Shown: positions 20,417 to 29,860 of the stretch, one piece after another
How the letters are laid out: every line of letters begins with the position of its first letter
Position numbering within the stretch: the stretch's first letter is position 1
DNA from: Kofleriaceae bacterium
GTDB taxonomy: Bacteria > Myxococcota_A > Polyangia > Haliangiales > Haliangiaceae
Length of the DNA stretch: 47,119 nt
Assembly (NCBI GenBank): GCA_046597055.1
Contig: JBKJLC010000242.1
Coordinates: forward strand, 1 to 47,119
Direction: 5' to 3'
Position numbers and translations under genes: made by a program
The notes under the pieces: model-generated
Database searches by the model: none
The model's input: only the letters and a program-made list of their open reading frames with translations
What the model was told of the DNA's origin: nothing

Positions 20417-21160
20417 TCACGGCAGCAGCGGCTGGCGAAAATCCATCCACCCGGGCGCCTCGGGCGTGCCGGGGAAGACCCCGTTCCGCTCGGGCCACAG
20501 CACCTGCCACAGCGGGAACGGCGCGCGGTGGTACGCGATCGCCCAGCCCACGTGCTCGGCGTAGCTGGCCGGTGCGATCACCTCGCGGACCCGGAGCGGG
20601 ACACCCTTGAGGATGTCGTCGAGGTCGAGGCCAGGCTCGCACGCCACGCCCGCCTTGATGCGCCGGCCCAGCTCGTTCAGCACCGCGTGCGCGGTCTCGG
20701 GCTCCATGCCGACCACGATCAGCTCGGGATGCCGGTAGCTCGACCACAGGCCGATCGTGTACGCGAAGCCGGGCTCGACCTCCGAGCCGCCCGGGATCTG
20801 GATCACCCACCAGCCGTGCTCGGCGACCCCGGCGCGGACCCGGTCCATCGCCTCGTCGCGGCGGAGCCACGGCGCGCCAGCGCCCACCCGGGTCGCGGTC
20901 TCGCCGCAGTCCAGATCGGCCAGGGCGTCGAGCGATGGGTCGTCGGCGACCACGCACTCCAGGCACGCCACCACCGGGCCATCGGGCTCGCCGACGTCGA
21001 CCGCGCCGTGTTCCCCGCCGCACAGGAACTGCCAGTCGTCGTCCACCTCGTGCGCGACGTCGAGCACCGGCGCGCCCGCGGCGACCCGCGCGCAGACGTA
21101 CACCGCGGTCTCCCGCGGCAGGTCGAAGCTGAACTGCTCGGCGCGCCGATGCTCGGTCAT
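20417..21160 (-). CDS. DUF4262-like domain protein with an additional N-terminal domain
   Basis: C-terminal FAYTIGLW...HPELIVVG...QVLWP; N-terminal HEVDDDWQFLCG...DPSL module. Confidence 0.75.
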   Translation of the reverse strand: MTEHRRAEQFSFDLPRETAVYVCARVAAGAPVLDVAHEVDDDWQFLCGGEHGAVDVGEPDGPVVACLECVVADDPSLDALADLDCGETATRVGAGAPWLRRDEAMDRVRAGVAEHGWWVIQIPGGSEVEPGFAYTIGLWSSYRHPELIVVGMEPETAHAVLNELGRRIKAGVACEPGLDLDDILKGVPLRVREVIAPASYAEHVGWAIAYHRAPFPLWQVLWPERNGVFPGTPEAPGWMDFRQPLLP

Positions 21161-21272
21161 CGCGATCTCCCATTGGCCGGGACCGCACGACAGCCCCGAA
21201 GATGGCCTGCGGGCGTCCCGGCTCCCTCCGCTCCGCGACGGAGGGCCAGCGGTGGCGCCGGCCTGAACCGAG

Positions 21273-23498
21273 CTAGAACTTGTAGGTCGTGCCGGCCCGA
21301 CCGTAGGTGATGTAGTCGCTCTTGAACATCGGCTGGGAGAAGGGGTCGGTGAACAGCGCGCGCTCGCTCTGGAACGGCGCGCCCTCGAACAGGAACCACA
21401 GGTTCCAGCGCTGCCGGATCGCGATCTCGGTGATCACGCTGACGTTGAGGCGGGCGCCGCTCTCGCGGGAGAAGAAGTCCACGCCCGACTGCTCGGTGAG
21501 CGCCTCGAGCCGCTTGATCTCCGGCGTCGCGTTGGTGCCGGTGGTGCCAGCGTCGAGCGCGGCCTTGTACTGCGTGCAGGTCTCGATCGGCGTGCCCTCG
21601 AACGTGTCGTTGACGAGCTCGGGGCAGTGCCGGTCGCTCCACAGGTTCAGGTAGAGGCGAGCGCTGACGGTCACGCGGGTGAACGCGGTCAGCGACGCGA
21701 CCGCGCCGGCGTTGAAGGTGGCGCCGTTGCGCTTGGAGTCGTCGAGGAGCTTCGAGCCCCACCACAGATCACCGAAGACACCGAACGAGAACGGGTCGCG
21801 CTCCGCCAGCATCAGGCGCGCGCCGAAGCCGATCTCCGACCGCGAGGCCATCGTGCGGATGCCGACGCCGGCGTCGAAGCCGAAGTTCGCCATGCGACCG
21901 GCGCCGACGTTGACCCGCGCTTCGAGGAAGTAGGGGTAGCCGGCGCCGAAGTCGATCGTCGAGCGGCCGCGCGGCAGCGTGCGCGCGCCGAACGAAGCCA
22001 GGCCGCGCTGCTCCTGCACCAGGTCGTCATCGGACGGGCCCTCGATCTTGAGGTTGGCCGACAGCACCTCGGTGCTGCCGCCCTCGAGGTTGAGCGTCTG
22101 CTCCCAGGTCTGGTAGCCGGGCTTGACCACGCGGATGATGGTGGTGCCGACCTCGACCTCGTTGAGGTCGAGCGGCGTCACGCCCTGCGACAGGCCGTTG
22201 ACCACCACGTCAGCCCCGGCCGGATCGCTGATCACGCGGACCCGACCGACCGCCTTGAGGTCGGCCGAAACCGTGAGGGTCTGGCCCGGCTCGATCCGCA
22301 CCTTCTGCTCGGAGGTCTTGTAGCCGATCAGCTTGACCACCACGAAGTGCTCGCCGCGCGCGACCTGCTTCTCCTGCGGCACCTTGCCGATGTTGGCGCC
22401 GTCGATGAACACGTCGGCGTCGGGCACCGCCGACACCACCTTCAGCACGCCGACGTCGCTCTTGCCGGCCTCGGCGTTGAGGTCGAGCTTGAGCACGAAC
22501 GACTGCCCGGCGTTGACGGTGACCCGCTCCTCGCGGACCTGGTAGCCCTGCGCCTTGACCTCGAGCACGTGCTCGCCGGCCTTCACGTCCTTGATGTCGA
22601 GCGGAACCTTGCCCATCGGCGTGCCGTCGAGGAAGACCTCGGCGCCGGCGATGTTGGACAGCACGCGGATGGCGCCGCCCTGGCCACCGATGGTCGACTT
22701 GAGCTCGGCGCGCACCTTGGCCTGCTGGCCGGCGAACACCTGGACCGTCTGCTTCCACGGCACCGCCGGCTCCTTGCGCACCTCGATCACGTGCAGGCCC
22801 TCGACGACGTCGGTGATGAACACCGGCGTCGAGCCGGTGACCTTGTTGCCGTCGAGAAACACCTCGGCTTCCGGCACGTCGGCGTCGACCACCACGGTGC
22901 CGAGCTTGGGCTTGGCGATCTCCTTGAGGACCGGGGTCAGCGTGACCTTCTCGTTGTCCTTGGAGTCGACCCACGTGGAGAACGGCTCGAAGCCCTCCTT
23001 CTTGATCTCGATCAGGTGGCGGCCCGGGATCGTCGCCAGCAGGACCGGGGCCGCGCCCTGGGCCTGACCGTCGAGGAAGATCTGGGCTCCACCCAGGTTC
23101 TTGTCGGCGTCGGCCCGGATGTCGATGCGCGGCGGGTCGACCTTCTTCGCCAGCGGGATGAAGACCTCCTGCAGCCTGCGCGACTTGACGATCTTGATGC
23201 TGCGCTGGACCGGCTGGTAGCCCTCGAGCTCGATGATGAGCAGGTAGGTGCCGTCGACCACCTTGAGGTTGGTCCACGGCGTGACGCCGACCGGCGGCAG
23301 CTCCTTGCTGTCGAGGTAGACCGTCGCGCCCTGGGGCGCCGAGTCGACCTTGACCTTGTACTTGCCCTTCTTGACCAGCCGCGGGTGGGTCTGGGCGTCC
23401 GCCGGGTCGACGCCGAGGCCGACACCGACGAGCAAAAAGGCGATGGCGATGGCGGCGCAGCGCCGCAGCAAGTAGGCGCACTTGTTACGATAAGTCAT
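21273..23498 (-). CDS. PEGA-repeat protein (six PEGA domains) with C-terminal outer-membrane barrel-like domain
   Basis: Six S/D-x-P-x-G/E-A-x-V-x-x-D/N-G-type repeats, a signal peptide and C-terminal YKF. SD GGAGG upstream. Confidence 0.88.
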   Translation of the reverse strand: MTYRNKCAYLLRRCAAIAIAFLLVGVGLGVDPADAQTHPRLVKKGKYKVKVDSAPQGATVYLDSKELPPVGVTPWTNLKVVDGTYLLIIELEGYQPVQRSIKIVKSRRLQEVFIPLAKKVDPPRIDIRADADKNLGGAQIFLDGQAQGAAPVLLATIPGRHLIEIKKEGFEPFSTWVDSKDNEKVTLTPVLKEIAKPKLGTVVVDADVPEAEVFLDGNKVTGSTPVFITDVVEGLHVIEVRKEPAVPWKQTVQVFAGQQAKVRAELKSTIGGQGGAIRVLSNIAGAEVFLDGTPMGKVPLDIKDVKAGEHVLEVKAQGYQVREERVTVNAGQSFVLKLDLNAEAGKSDVGVLKVVSAVPDADVFIDGANIGKVPQEKQVARGEHFVVVKLIGYKTSEQKVRIEPGQTLTVSADLKAVGRVRVISDPAGADVVVNGLSQGVTPLDLNEVEVGTTIIRVVKPGYQTWEQTLNLEGGSTEVLSANLKIEGPSDDDLVQEQRGLASFGARTLPRGRSTIDFGAGYPYFLEARVNVGAGRMANFGFDAGVGIRTMASRSEIGFGARLMLAERDPFSFGVFGDLWWGSKLLDDSKRNGATFNAGAVASLTAFTRVTVSARLYLNLWSDRHCPELVNDTFEGTPIETCTQYKAALDAGTTGTNATPEIKRLEALTEQSGVDFFSRESGARLNVSVITEIAIRQRWNLWFLFEGAPFQSERALFTDPFSQPMFKSDYITYGRAGTTYKF

Positions 23499-23618
23499 TG
23501 GATCGGATCCTCCCGAAGCACGGCCACCGTACCAGAATCGAAGGCTTGCGCCGGCGCGGAGGCCTGGTTTTCGCTTCCACGAGACGTCCGACCCGACCGC
23601 GTCTTCACATCGTGCGGT

Positions 23619-24440
23619 TCAGGTCACACCGGCGAACGGTGCCAGCAGCTGCGACACGAGCAGCGCGAACAGGATCACGCCGAGCACGACCCGGTAGACC
23701 GCGAACCCGGCCAGGCTCCGGGTCGCAAGGAACCGGAGCAGCCAGGCGATCGAGACGTAGCCGGTGACCCCGGCGACGATGGTCCCGACCACCAGCGGGA
23801 CCACCGCGTCGGGGCCGAGCTCACGCAGCGCGTCCTTCATCTCGAACAGGCCGGCGCCGGCGATCGCTGGGATGCCGAGCAAGAACGAGAACCGCGCCGC
23901 CTGATCGCGCCGCATGCCGATCACGAGCGCGCAGCAGATCGTCGCGCCCGAGCGCGACACGCCGGGCACCAGCGCGAGCGCCTGGGCGACCCCGATCAGG
24001 ACCACATCCGCGAGCCGGAGGTCGTCGATCACGCGACCGCCACGGGCGCGCTTGTCGATCACCGCCATCGCGATGCCGACCCCGACCAGCGTGCTCGCGA
24101 CCACCCACAGCGAGCGGAAATCGCCGACGATGTAGTCCTTGAGGCCGAGGCCGGCGACCACGATCGGGATCGTGCCGGCCGCGAGGTACAGCGGCAGCCG
24201 CGCCTTGACGCCGCGCGGATCGCTCAGGATCGCGCGCGGCAGATCGACGAACAGATCGCGCGCGAAGTAGACCAGCACCGCCGCCAGCGTGCCGAGCTGC
24301 AGGACCGCGGTGAACGGCGCGCCGGGGTCGGCCTGGCCGAGCAGCGCGGGCGCGATGCGGAGGTGCGCGGTCGAGGAGATCGGCAGGAACTCCGACAGTC
24401 CCTGGATGACTCCGAGCAGGATCGCGAACCAGAGCGCCAC
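23619..24440 (-). CDS. uppP: Undecaprenyl-diphosphate phosphatase
   Basis: QGLSEFLPISSTAHL, PGVSRSGATI and AARFSFLL. Confidence 0.95.
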   Translation of the reverse strand: MALWFAILLGVIQGLSEFLPISSTAHLRIAPALLGQADPGAPFTAVLQLGTLAAVLVYFARDLFVDLPRAILSDPRGVKARLPLYLAAGTIPIVVAGLGLKDYIVGDFRSLWVVASTLVGVGIAMAVIDKRARGGRVIDDLRLADVVLIGVAQALALVPGVSRSGATICCALVIGMRRDQAARFSFLLGIPAIAGAGLFEMKDALRELGPDAVVPLVVGTIVAGVTGYVSIAWLLRFLATRSLAGFAVYRVVLGVILFALLVSQLLAPFAGVT

Positions 24441-24497
24441 GCCGCGCCTGTGTATCACGGCCGTGGCGCGGGCTGCCGGGCCGGGTTACCAAGGGGC

Positions 24498-24896
24498 ATG
24501 CGCCCGACCGACTCGCTCGCTGCCCTCGCGATCGCGGCCGCGATCGCGTGCGGGCCCCGTCAGGTCGCCCCGCCGCCGGCCGCGGGCCCCGACGCCGGCG
24601 CACCGGGTCGCACCGACGACGACGAGATCACCGGCGAGTCCGCGCTGACCCCCGACGACTGCGTCCGCATGATCGATCACGTGCTCGCGATCGGCATGGC
24701 CGATCAGCGGGCGCGCAAGGCACCCGAGCTGGTGCCGACCGCCGAGCAGGTCGCGACCATCCGCGCCGACATGCTCGAGGAGCAGCTGGCGCCATGCCTC
24801 GCGATGCCGCGGCCGCAGTGGGCCTGCGCGCTGGCGGCGCGGACGATGCCGGCGCTCTACTCGTGCGGCGGCGGGTCCGCCCCGGCCACGCCCTGA
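24498..24896 (+). CDS. Small hypothetical lipoprotein with Cys-containing helical domain
   Basis: AIAC lipobox plus four further Cys. Confidence 0.65.
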   Translation: MRPTDSLAALAIAAAIACGPRQVAPPPAAGPDAGAPGRTDDDEITGESALTPDDCVRMIDHVLAIGMADQRARKAPELVPTAEQVATIRADMLEEQLAPCLAMPRPQWACALAARTMPALYSCGGGSAPATP

Positions 24897-24909
24897 CCGC
24901 GCGGCGTGA

Positions 24910-25812
24910 TCAGCGGCGGGCCGCGGCGCGCGCGAGCGACAGCGGACAGGTCGAGCCCTGCGACGCCGCCCGGCGCTCGGAAGGGACGATCTGGGCCGGC
25001 GGCAGCGGCAGCGGTCGCCGCTCGTAACCCGCGGTCGCCGTCGGGGACGGAACCTCGCCGGGTCCCGTGCCACGGGCGGCGCGGCCCGACATGGCCGTGA
25101 GTGACGGGAGTGGGGCGGCCGCGGCGAGCGCCGGCTCGCGCAGGGTCGGCGTGATCGGCCCCAGCCCGATCGGCGGCACGAACATCGGCCGAGCCGCAGC
25201 CGGCGCAGCCACCGGTGGGATCGTGACCGACGCCCGCGGCGCTGGCCGCGGGGCGACCGGCTGCGTCGCCGCGACCGGACGCGTCGTCGCGGTCACGCGG
25301 GTGGTCCGCGGCGGGACCGGAGGCCGAGTGGGACGCGCGGGTGCGCGCGGCGCATCCGCGCGACGAGCGTCGACGCGCGCGGGCGGCGCCGCATCGACCC
25401 GCGCCACCGTGGGCGGCGGCCCCTGCAGCACGGCGGCCTCGGCCTCCGCGGCCGCCACCTTGGCCCGCGCCAGCGCGAGCTGCCACTCCCACTCCTCTTC
25501 GTCCTCGTCCTCATCGCTCTCATCAGTTGGCGCCGGGGCGGCTGGTGCGGCGTCAACGCGCGGTGACACTGGTGCGTGAACCGCCGGCGCCATGGCGACT
25601 GCGGCCGCCACCACGGGCATCGGTGCCAGCCGGGGCGCCGGCGCGAACGGCGTCGCGTTCTCGGCGTTCCAGTCGAGCAGTCGATCGCCGGATCCACCTT
25701 CGCTCTCGGCCGCTTGCACCGGGAGGACCCGGCCGTCGGGCGCCAGCACGAGGCCGTGACGTGACAGCTTCACGTAGCCCGCGCGCGCCAGCAGCTGCTC
25801 GAAGAACGCCAT
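24910..25812 (-). CDS. Pro/Ala-rich low-complexity hypothetical protein
   Basis: Plausible N-terminus (MAFFEQLLARAGYVKL) and an acidic DEDEDEEEWEW motif. The rest is probably disordered. Confidence 0.55.
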   Translation of the reverse strand: MAFFEQLLARAGYVKLSRHGLVLAPDGRVLPVQAAESEGGSGDRLLDWNAENATPFAPAPRLAPMPVVAAAVAMAPAVHAPVSPRVDAAPAAPAPTDESDEDEDEEEWEWQLALARAKVAAAEAEAAVLQGPPPTVARVDAAPPARVDARRADAPRAPARPTRPPVPPRTTRVTATTRPVAATQPVAPRPAPRASVTIPPVAAPAAARPMFVPPIGLGPITPTLREPALAAAAPLPSLTAMSGRAARGTGPGEVPSPTATAGYERRPLPLPPAQIVPSERRAASQGSTCPLSLARAAARR

Positions 25813-25980
25813 GCGCGCATAACGAAGCATCAGTCAGGCCAACCCGCGTCGAGCGCTCGACGAGCCGACGCCGTCCGATCCGGCCACATGGCATCGCCAG
25901 TCCGAGGCGGTGAGGTCAACCGACCCTGGCAGCCTGAGGCCTCGAACCCCGGTGTTCCAGGGTGGGATGTCGGCGTACTG

Positions 25981-26760
25981 CTAACGACCGGTGAAGCGAG
26001 GTGGGCGCTTCTCGGCAAACGCGCGCAGCCCCTCGTCGCGGTCGTCGCTGACGAGGGTGACGTCGTAGCACTCCCGCTCGAGCCGCAAGGCGGCGTCGAG
26101 GTCGAGGTCGGCGCCGCGATCGATCGCCTTCTTCGCCATCGCGACCGACATCGGCGCACACCCGGCGAGGTCGGCGAGGTAGCCGTCGACGGTCGCGCGC
26201 AGCTCGGCGCGCGCCACCGCGGCGTTGACCAGCCCGAGGTCGCGGGCCCGGTTCGCGCCGATCCGCCGGCCGAGCAAGATGAGCTCCTTGGCCGCGGCCG
26301 GGCCGATCAGGCGCGGCAGTCGCTGGGTCCCGCCGGCCCCCGGCATGATCCCGAGCCGCACCTCGGTCAGCCCGAGCTCGGCGGTGTCGACGCACACGCG
26401 CAGGTCGCACGCGAGCGCGAGCTCCAGGCCGCCACCGTAGGCCGAGCCGTTGAGCGCGCAGATCGTCGGCCGCGAGATCCGCGACCACGCGTCGATCGCG
26501 CCCGAGATCGCGTCGATGAACCGCCCCGCCTCGCTGGCGGGCACGCCCTTGCGCTCCTTGAGATCGGCGCCGGCGCAGAACGCCTGGTCGCCGGCGCCGG
26601 TGAGCACGATCGCGCGCACCGCGGGATCGTCGTCGAGCACCAGGGCCAGGCGGGACAGCTCGCGGTTCACCGCGAGCGACAGCGCGTTGCGCGCGTCGGG
26701 GCGCGACAGCGTCACCCACGCGACCGCGCCTTCGCGGACGAGGACTGGCAGCTCGGACAT
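25981..26760 (-). CDS. Enoyl-CoA hydratase/isomerase (methylglutaconyl-CoA hydratase-like)
   Basis: AFCAGADLKER, GGGLELALACD and GIMPGAGGTQRLPRLIG. Confidence 0.92.
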   Translation of the reverse strand: MSELPVLVREGAVAWVTLSRPDARNALSLAVNRELSRLALVLDDDPAVRAIVLTGAGDQAFCAGADLKERKGVPASEAGRFIDAISGAIDAWSRISRPTICALNGSAYGGGLELALACDLRVCVDTAELGLTEVRLGIMPGAGGTQRLPRLIGPAAAKELILLGRRIGANRARDLGLVNAAVARAELRATVDGYLADLAGCAPMSVAMAKKAIDRGADLDLDAALRLERECYDVTLVSDDRDEGLRAFAEKRPPRFTGR

Positions 26761-26824
26761 GCCCGTCGATAACACGGCGCGCGCGCCGGGCCCGATCCGC
26801 GCGCCGCCAACCAGACCGCCCCCG

Positions 26825-28780
26825 CTACGCTCGGCTCGAGCGCGCCGGTGCCGGCTTGCGCCGCCGCAGCACCAGCGCGATCACGATGAGCCCGCCGCTG
26901 ACCGGCGCGATCGGCCCGCCCCCGGCGCCGCAGCTGCAGCCGTAGATCCCGGCCAGCCCGCCGCAGTGAGGCGGCTCGGGGACGCGCTGCTGGGCCGCGG
27001 TCGGCCGGGCGTTGCCGCAGTCGGTCCCCGGGCGCGCCGCGCCGACCTCGACCAGCCAGCCGCCCGCGCCACAGCTCGGCGGCTCGGGCGCGCACACCGC
27101 GAGCCCGCTCAGCCCGTCGCTCCAGTCCTGCGCGCCAGGACCACCCGAGCCGCGCACCACCGGCTCGCAGCGCGGGGCGACCCCGGCGCCGGCGACCGCG
27201 GCCGCGCCCGGGCTGCAGATGCAGTGCGGCACGCCGTTGCGATCGACGCACGCGCCCTGCCCGCAGCTGATGCCGGCGCAGGTGTTGGGCAGGTAGATGC
27301 CGCCGGCGCCGAGGTCGACCGGCGCGATCGCCGGCACGCACGTCACCGACGGTGCACCGTCGAGGTCGATGAAACGGCGCGCGACGTACTCGGGATCGCA
27401 CGCACAGGCGCCGCCGCTGCCGGTCGCCACACACTGGCCGCGACCGCAGTAGGTCGTCGCGCACGCCTGCAGGGTCTCGAGCTCGCTGAACCGCGCGTCG
27501 TCGATCACGGCGGCCTCGCAACCGGCGAGGCTGGCCTGGCTGACGTCGATCCGCAGCCGGCCGGCCGGCGGCCCGGCCGCGGGCTCGAACTGCGGGTCGA
27601 ACGTCATCTCCTCGGGCGACAGCCGGGTGGTGATGCGCGTCATCAGGGGATGGCGCGCCGCCAGCCCATCGAGCAGCGCGACCCCAGCCGCCAGGTCGTT
27701 CTCGGCTTCGCAGTCGGTGGCGTCGAACGGGTCGCGTGGGCACTCGCATTGCCCGTTGCCGCCCAGCCCGCACTGATCGAACCCGGTGCCGCAGCAGGAC
27801 GTGCCCTGTCCGAACTCCGGACGAGGGCTGACGCCTTGGTACTCGGTCACGAACCCGTCGCCGCCCGCGTCGTCGACCGCGCGCGCCAGCACCATCGGGT
27901 AGTTGGTCCGGCCGGCGGCATCGCGCGCGATCCGGGTCGGGTCGATCGTCGCCACCGGATGGCCCTGCGCCTGGAAGAGCGTGTCGCCGAAGATGAACGC
28001 GTTCACCGTGAGGTGCGGCTCGGCCGCGACCGCGGTGAGCACCAGCGGGATCATCGGCCACGGGCCCCGGAAGCGCATGCGCAGCGGGCGGATCGCGGTG
28101 GCGGTGCTGGCGCCGGGCACCAGCTTGGCGGCGACGAACACCATGCCGTCGTCGACGTACGGCTGCATGTACGGCGCCATCGTCGAGTTGACGATGAAGC
28201 CGTTGTCGTTCAGCCACGCGAGCGCGGCGGTCGCCTCGGCGGCCGTGAACGTCACGGTCTGGTAGTCGCCGACCGTCTGGGTGTCGAGCACGGTCACCGG
28301 GGGCAGGCCGCCGCCGGCGTCGTTCGCGCCCGACACGCCGGCGTCGGAGAACGCGCTCGGGCTGTCGTCGGAGCCGCCGTTGAAGCCTCCGCAGTCGGCG
28401 GGTGGGTGGTAACGGCACTGCCATGCCGAGGTCGGACACCGGTTGGCGAGGCTCACCTGGACCTCGGGCGCGGTGAGGCGATCGAGCAGCCCGAACGCCG
28501 AGGTCGGCGACAGGCCGAGCTCCGGAACCTCCGGCACCGGGACGATCCAGGCGAACTGCTCGGGGGCGCCCGAGTACTTGATGAGGACGTGGGCGGTGAC
28601 CCAGCCCTTGTCGACCTCGAAGATGATCTGCTCGGCCTGCTGGTTGACCGCGTACTGCTCGTCCCCGATCGGCGACGGGACTGGCGGCGACACGCACCCG
28701 CACGCGTCGGCGACCCGGACACCCGCGACGGTGACGACGAATGCGGCGGCAGCCGCGACGACCGCGTGGAAGACCCTCAT
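26825..28780 (-). CDS. DUF2330-like protein with EGF-like Cys-rich region and MYXO-CTERM-like anchor
   Basis: FAWIVPVP, WLNDNG, FVAAKL and PMIPLVLT motifs; GCSC...hydrophobic...RRRK C-terminus. Confidence 0.82.
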   Translation of the reverse strand: MRVFHAVVAAAAAFVVTVAGVRVADACGCVSPPVPSPIGDEQYAVNQQAEQIIFEVDKGWVTAHVLIKYSGAPEQFAWIVPVPEVPELGLSPTSAFGLLDRLTAPEVQVSLANRCPTSAWQCRYHPPADCGGFNGGSDDSPSAFSDAGVSGANDAGGGLPPVTVLDTQTVGDYQTVTFTAAEATAALAWLNDNGFIVNSTMAPYMQPYVDDGMVFVAAKLVPGASTATAIRPLRMRFRGPWPMIPLVLTAVAAEPHLTVNAFIFGDTLFQAQGHPVATIDPTRIARDAAGRTNYPMVLARAVDDAGGDGFVTEYQGVSPRPEFGQGTSCCGTGFDQCGLGGNGQCECPRDPFDATDCEAENDLAAGVALLDGLAARHPLMTRITTRLSPEEMTFDPQFEPAAGPPAGRLRIDVSQASLAGCEAAVIDDARFSELETLQACATTYCGRGQCVATGSGGACACDPEYVARRFIDLDGAPSVTCVPAIAPVDLGAGGIYLPNTCAGISCGQGACVDRNGVPHCICSPGAAAVAGAGVAPRCEPVVRGSGGPGAQDWSDGLSGLAVCAPEPPSCGAGGWLVEVGAARPGTDCGNARPTAAQQRVPEPPHCGGLAGIYGCSCGAGGGPIAPVSGGLIVIALVLRRRKPAPARSSRA

Positions 28781-28912
28781 GGGCTTCCCTATTCCACGGC
28801 CCGGGCCAGGTCGGTGTCGAGCAACCTCGCCGGCTTGCGGGCCGCGGGTTGGGAAGATCCGCCGCAACCGCGACATCGCGGTCATGGCGCGGCCGGCACC
28901 GGCACGCCGCGG

Positions 28913-29860
28913 TCAGGCCTTGGACGTGTCGCCGCGCTCGGCCTGGCGCCGCGCGCGGGCCTGCTTGCCGAGGTGCGCCTTGAGGTACTTCGACGGCAGG
29001 TCGTGGCCGACGAAGGCGGCCGCGAGCCGCGACGCCTCGACCAGGCGATCGAGATCGATGCCGGTCTCGACGCCCATCGCGTGGAGCATCGCGACCAGGT
29101 CGTCAGTGGCGAGGTTGCCGGCGGCGCCGGGCGCGTACGGGCAGCCGCCCAGCCCGCCGACCGACGAGTCGATGGTGCTGATGCCGAGCTGCAGGGCGAC
29201 CACGCAGTTGGCGAGCGCGGTGCCCTGGGTGTCATGGAAGTGGCCGGCGAGCTCGGCGGCCGGCACCTCGGCCAGGACCTCCTCGAGGACCGCCTCGACC
29301 TGACGCGGGTTGGCCACGCCGATCGTGTCGCCCAGCGAGACCTGGTACACGCCCATCGCGCGCAGCTCGCGGCACAACATCACCGACGCCGCCGCCGGGA
29401 CGTCACCTTCGTAGGGGCACCCGAACACGGTCGAGACGTAGGCGCGGACCCGAACCCCGGCCGCGCGGGCCGGCGGGATCACCTGCTCGAACGCGGTCAG
29501 GGTCTCGGCGATGGTCTTGTTGATGTTCTTCTTGTTGTGGGTCTCGGACGCCGACAGGAACACCGCGATCTCGCGCATGCCGGCGGCCAGCGCCCCTTCG
29601 AGCCCGCGCCGGTTGGGCACCAGCGCCGACAGCATGACGCCGTCGCGCCGGGTGACCCCGCGCGCGACCTCGGCCGAGTCGGCCAGCTGCGGGATCCACT
29701 GCGGGCTGACGAAGCTCGTGATCTCGATGTGGCGGAGCCCGGCATCCATCAGCGCATGGATGAAGCGGATCTTGTCGGCGGTCGGGACGTTGCGCGTCTC
29801 GTTCTGCAGGCCGTCGCGCGGGCCCACCTCGTACACCGTGACGCGCTCGGGGAGCTTCAT
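28913..29860 (-). CDS. Hydroxymethylglutaryl-CoA lyase
   Basis: EVGPRDGLQNE, SLGDTIG, HFHDT and GLGGCPYAPGAAGN. Confidence 0.95.
   Translation of the reverse strand: MKLPERVTVYEVGPRDGLQNETRNVPTADKIRFIHALMDAGLRHIEITSFVSPQWIPQLADSAEVARGVTRRDGVMLSALVPNRRGLEGALAAGMREIAVFLSASETHNKKNINKTIAETLTAFEQVIPPARAAGVRVRAYVSTVFGCPYEGDVPAAASVMLCRELRAMGVYQVSLGDTIGVANPRQVEAVLEEVLAEVPAAELAGHFHDTQGTALANCVVALQLGISTIDSSVGGLGGCPYAPGAAGNLATDDLVAMLHAMGVETGIDLDRLVEASRLAAAFVGHDLPSKYLKAHLGKQARARRQAERGDTSKA

Noticed and set aside
21176..21245. GC-rich inverted repeats between the PEGA and DUF4262-like genes
   Set aside because: No U-tract and no second copy in the window, so it cannot be called a terminator or REP element.
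21627..24497. 5' part of the 1089-aa plus-strand ORF 21627..24896
   Set aside because: Antisense to the PEGA gene and uppP. Only the last 132 codons (from ATG 24498) look like a real lipoprotein.
25923..25963. Stem-loop ACCCTGG...CCAGGGT whose minus strand faintly resembles the 3' part of 6S RNA
   Set aside because: Too short. A full 6S RNA would overlap the hydratase CDS, and I see no long closing stem. An Rfam cmscan would settle it.
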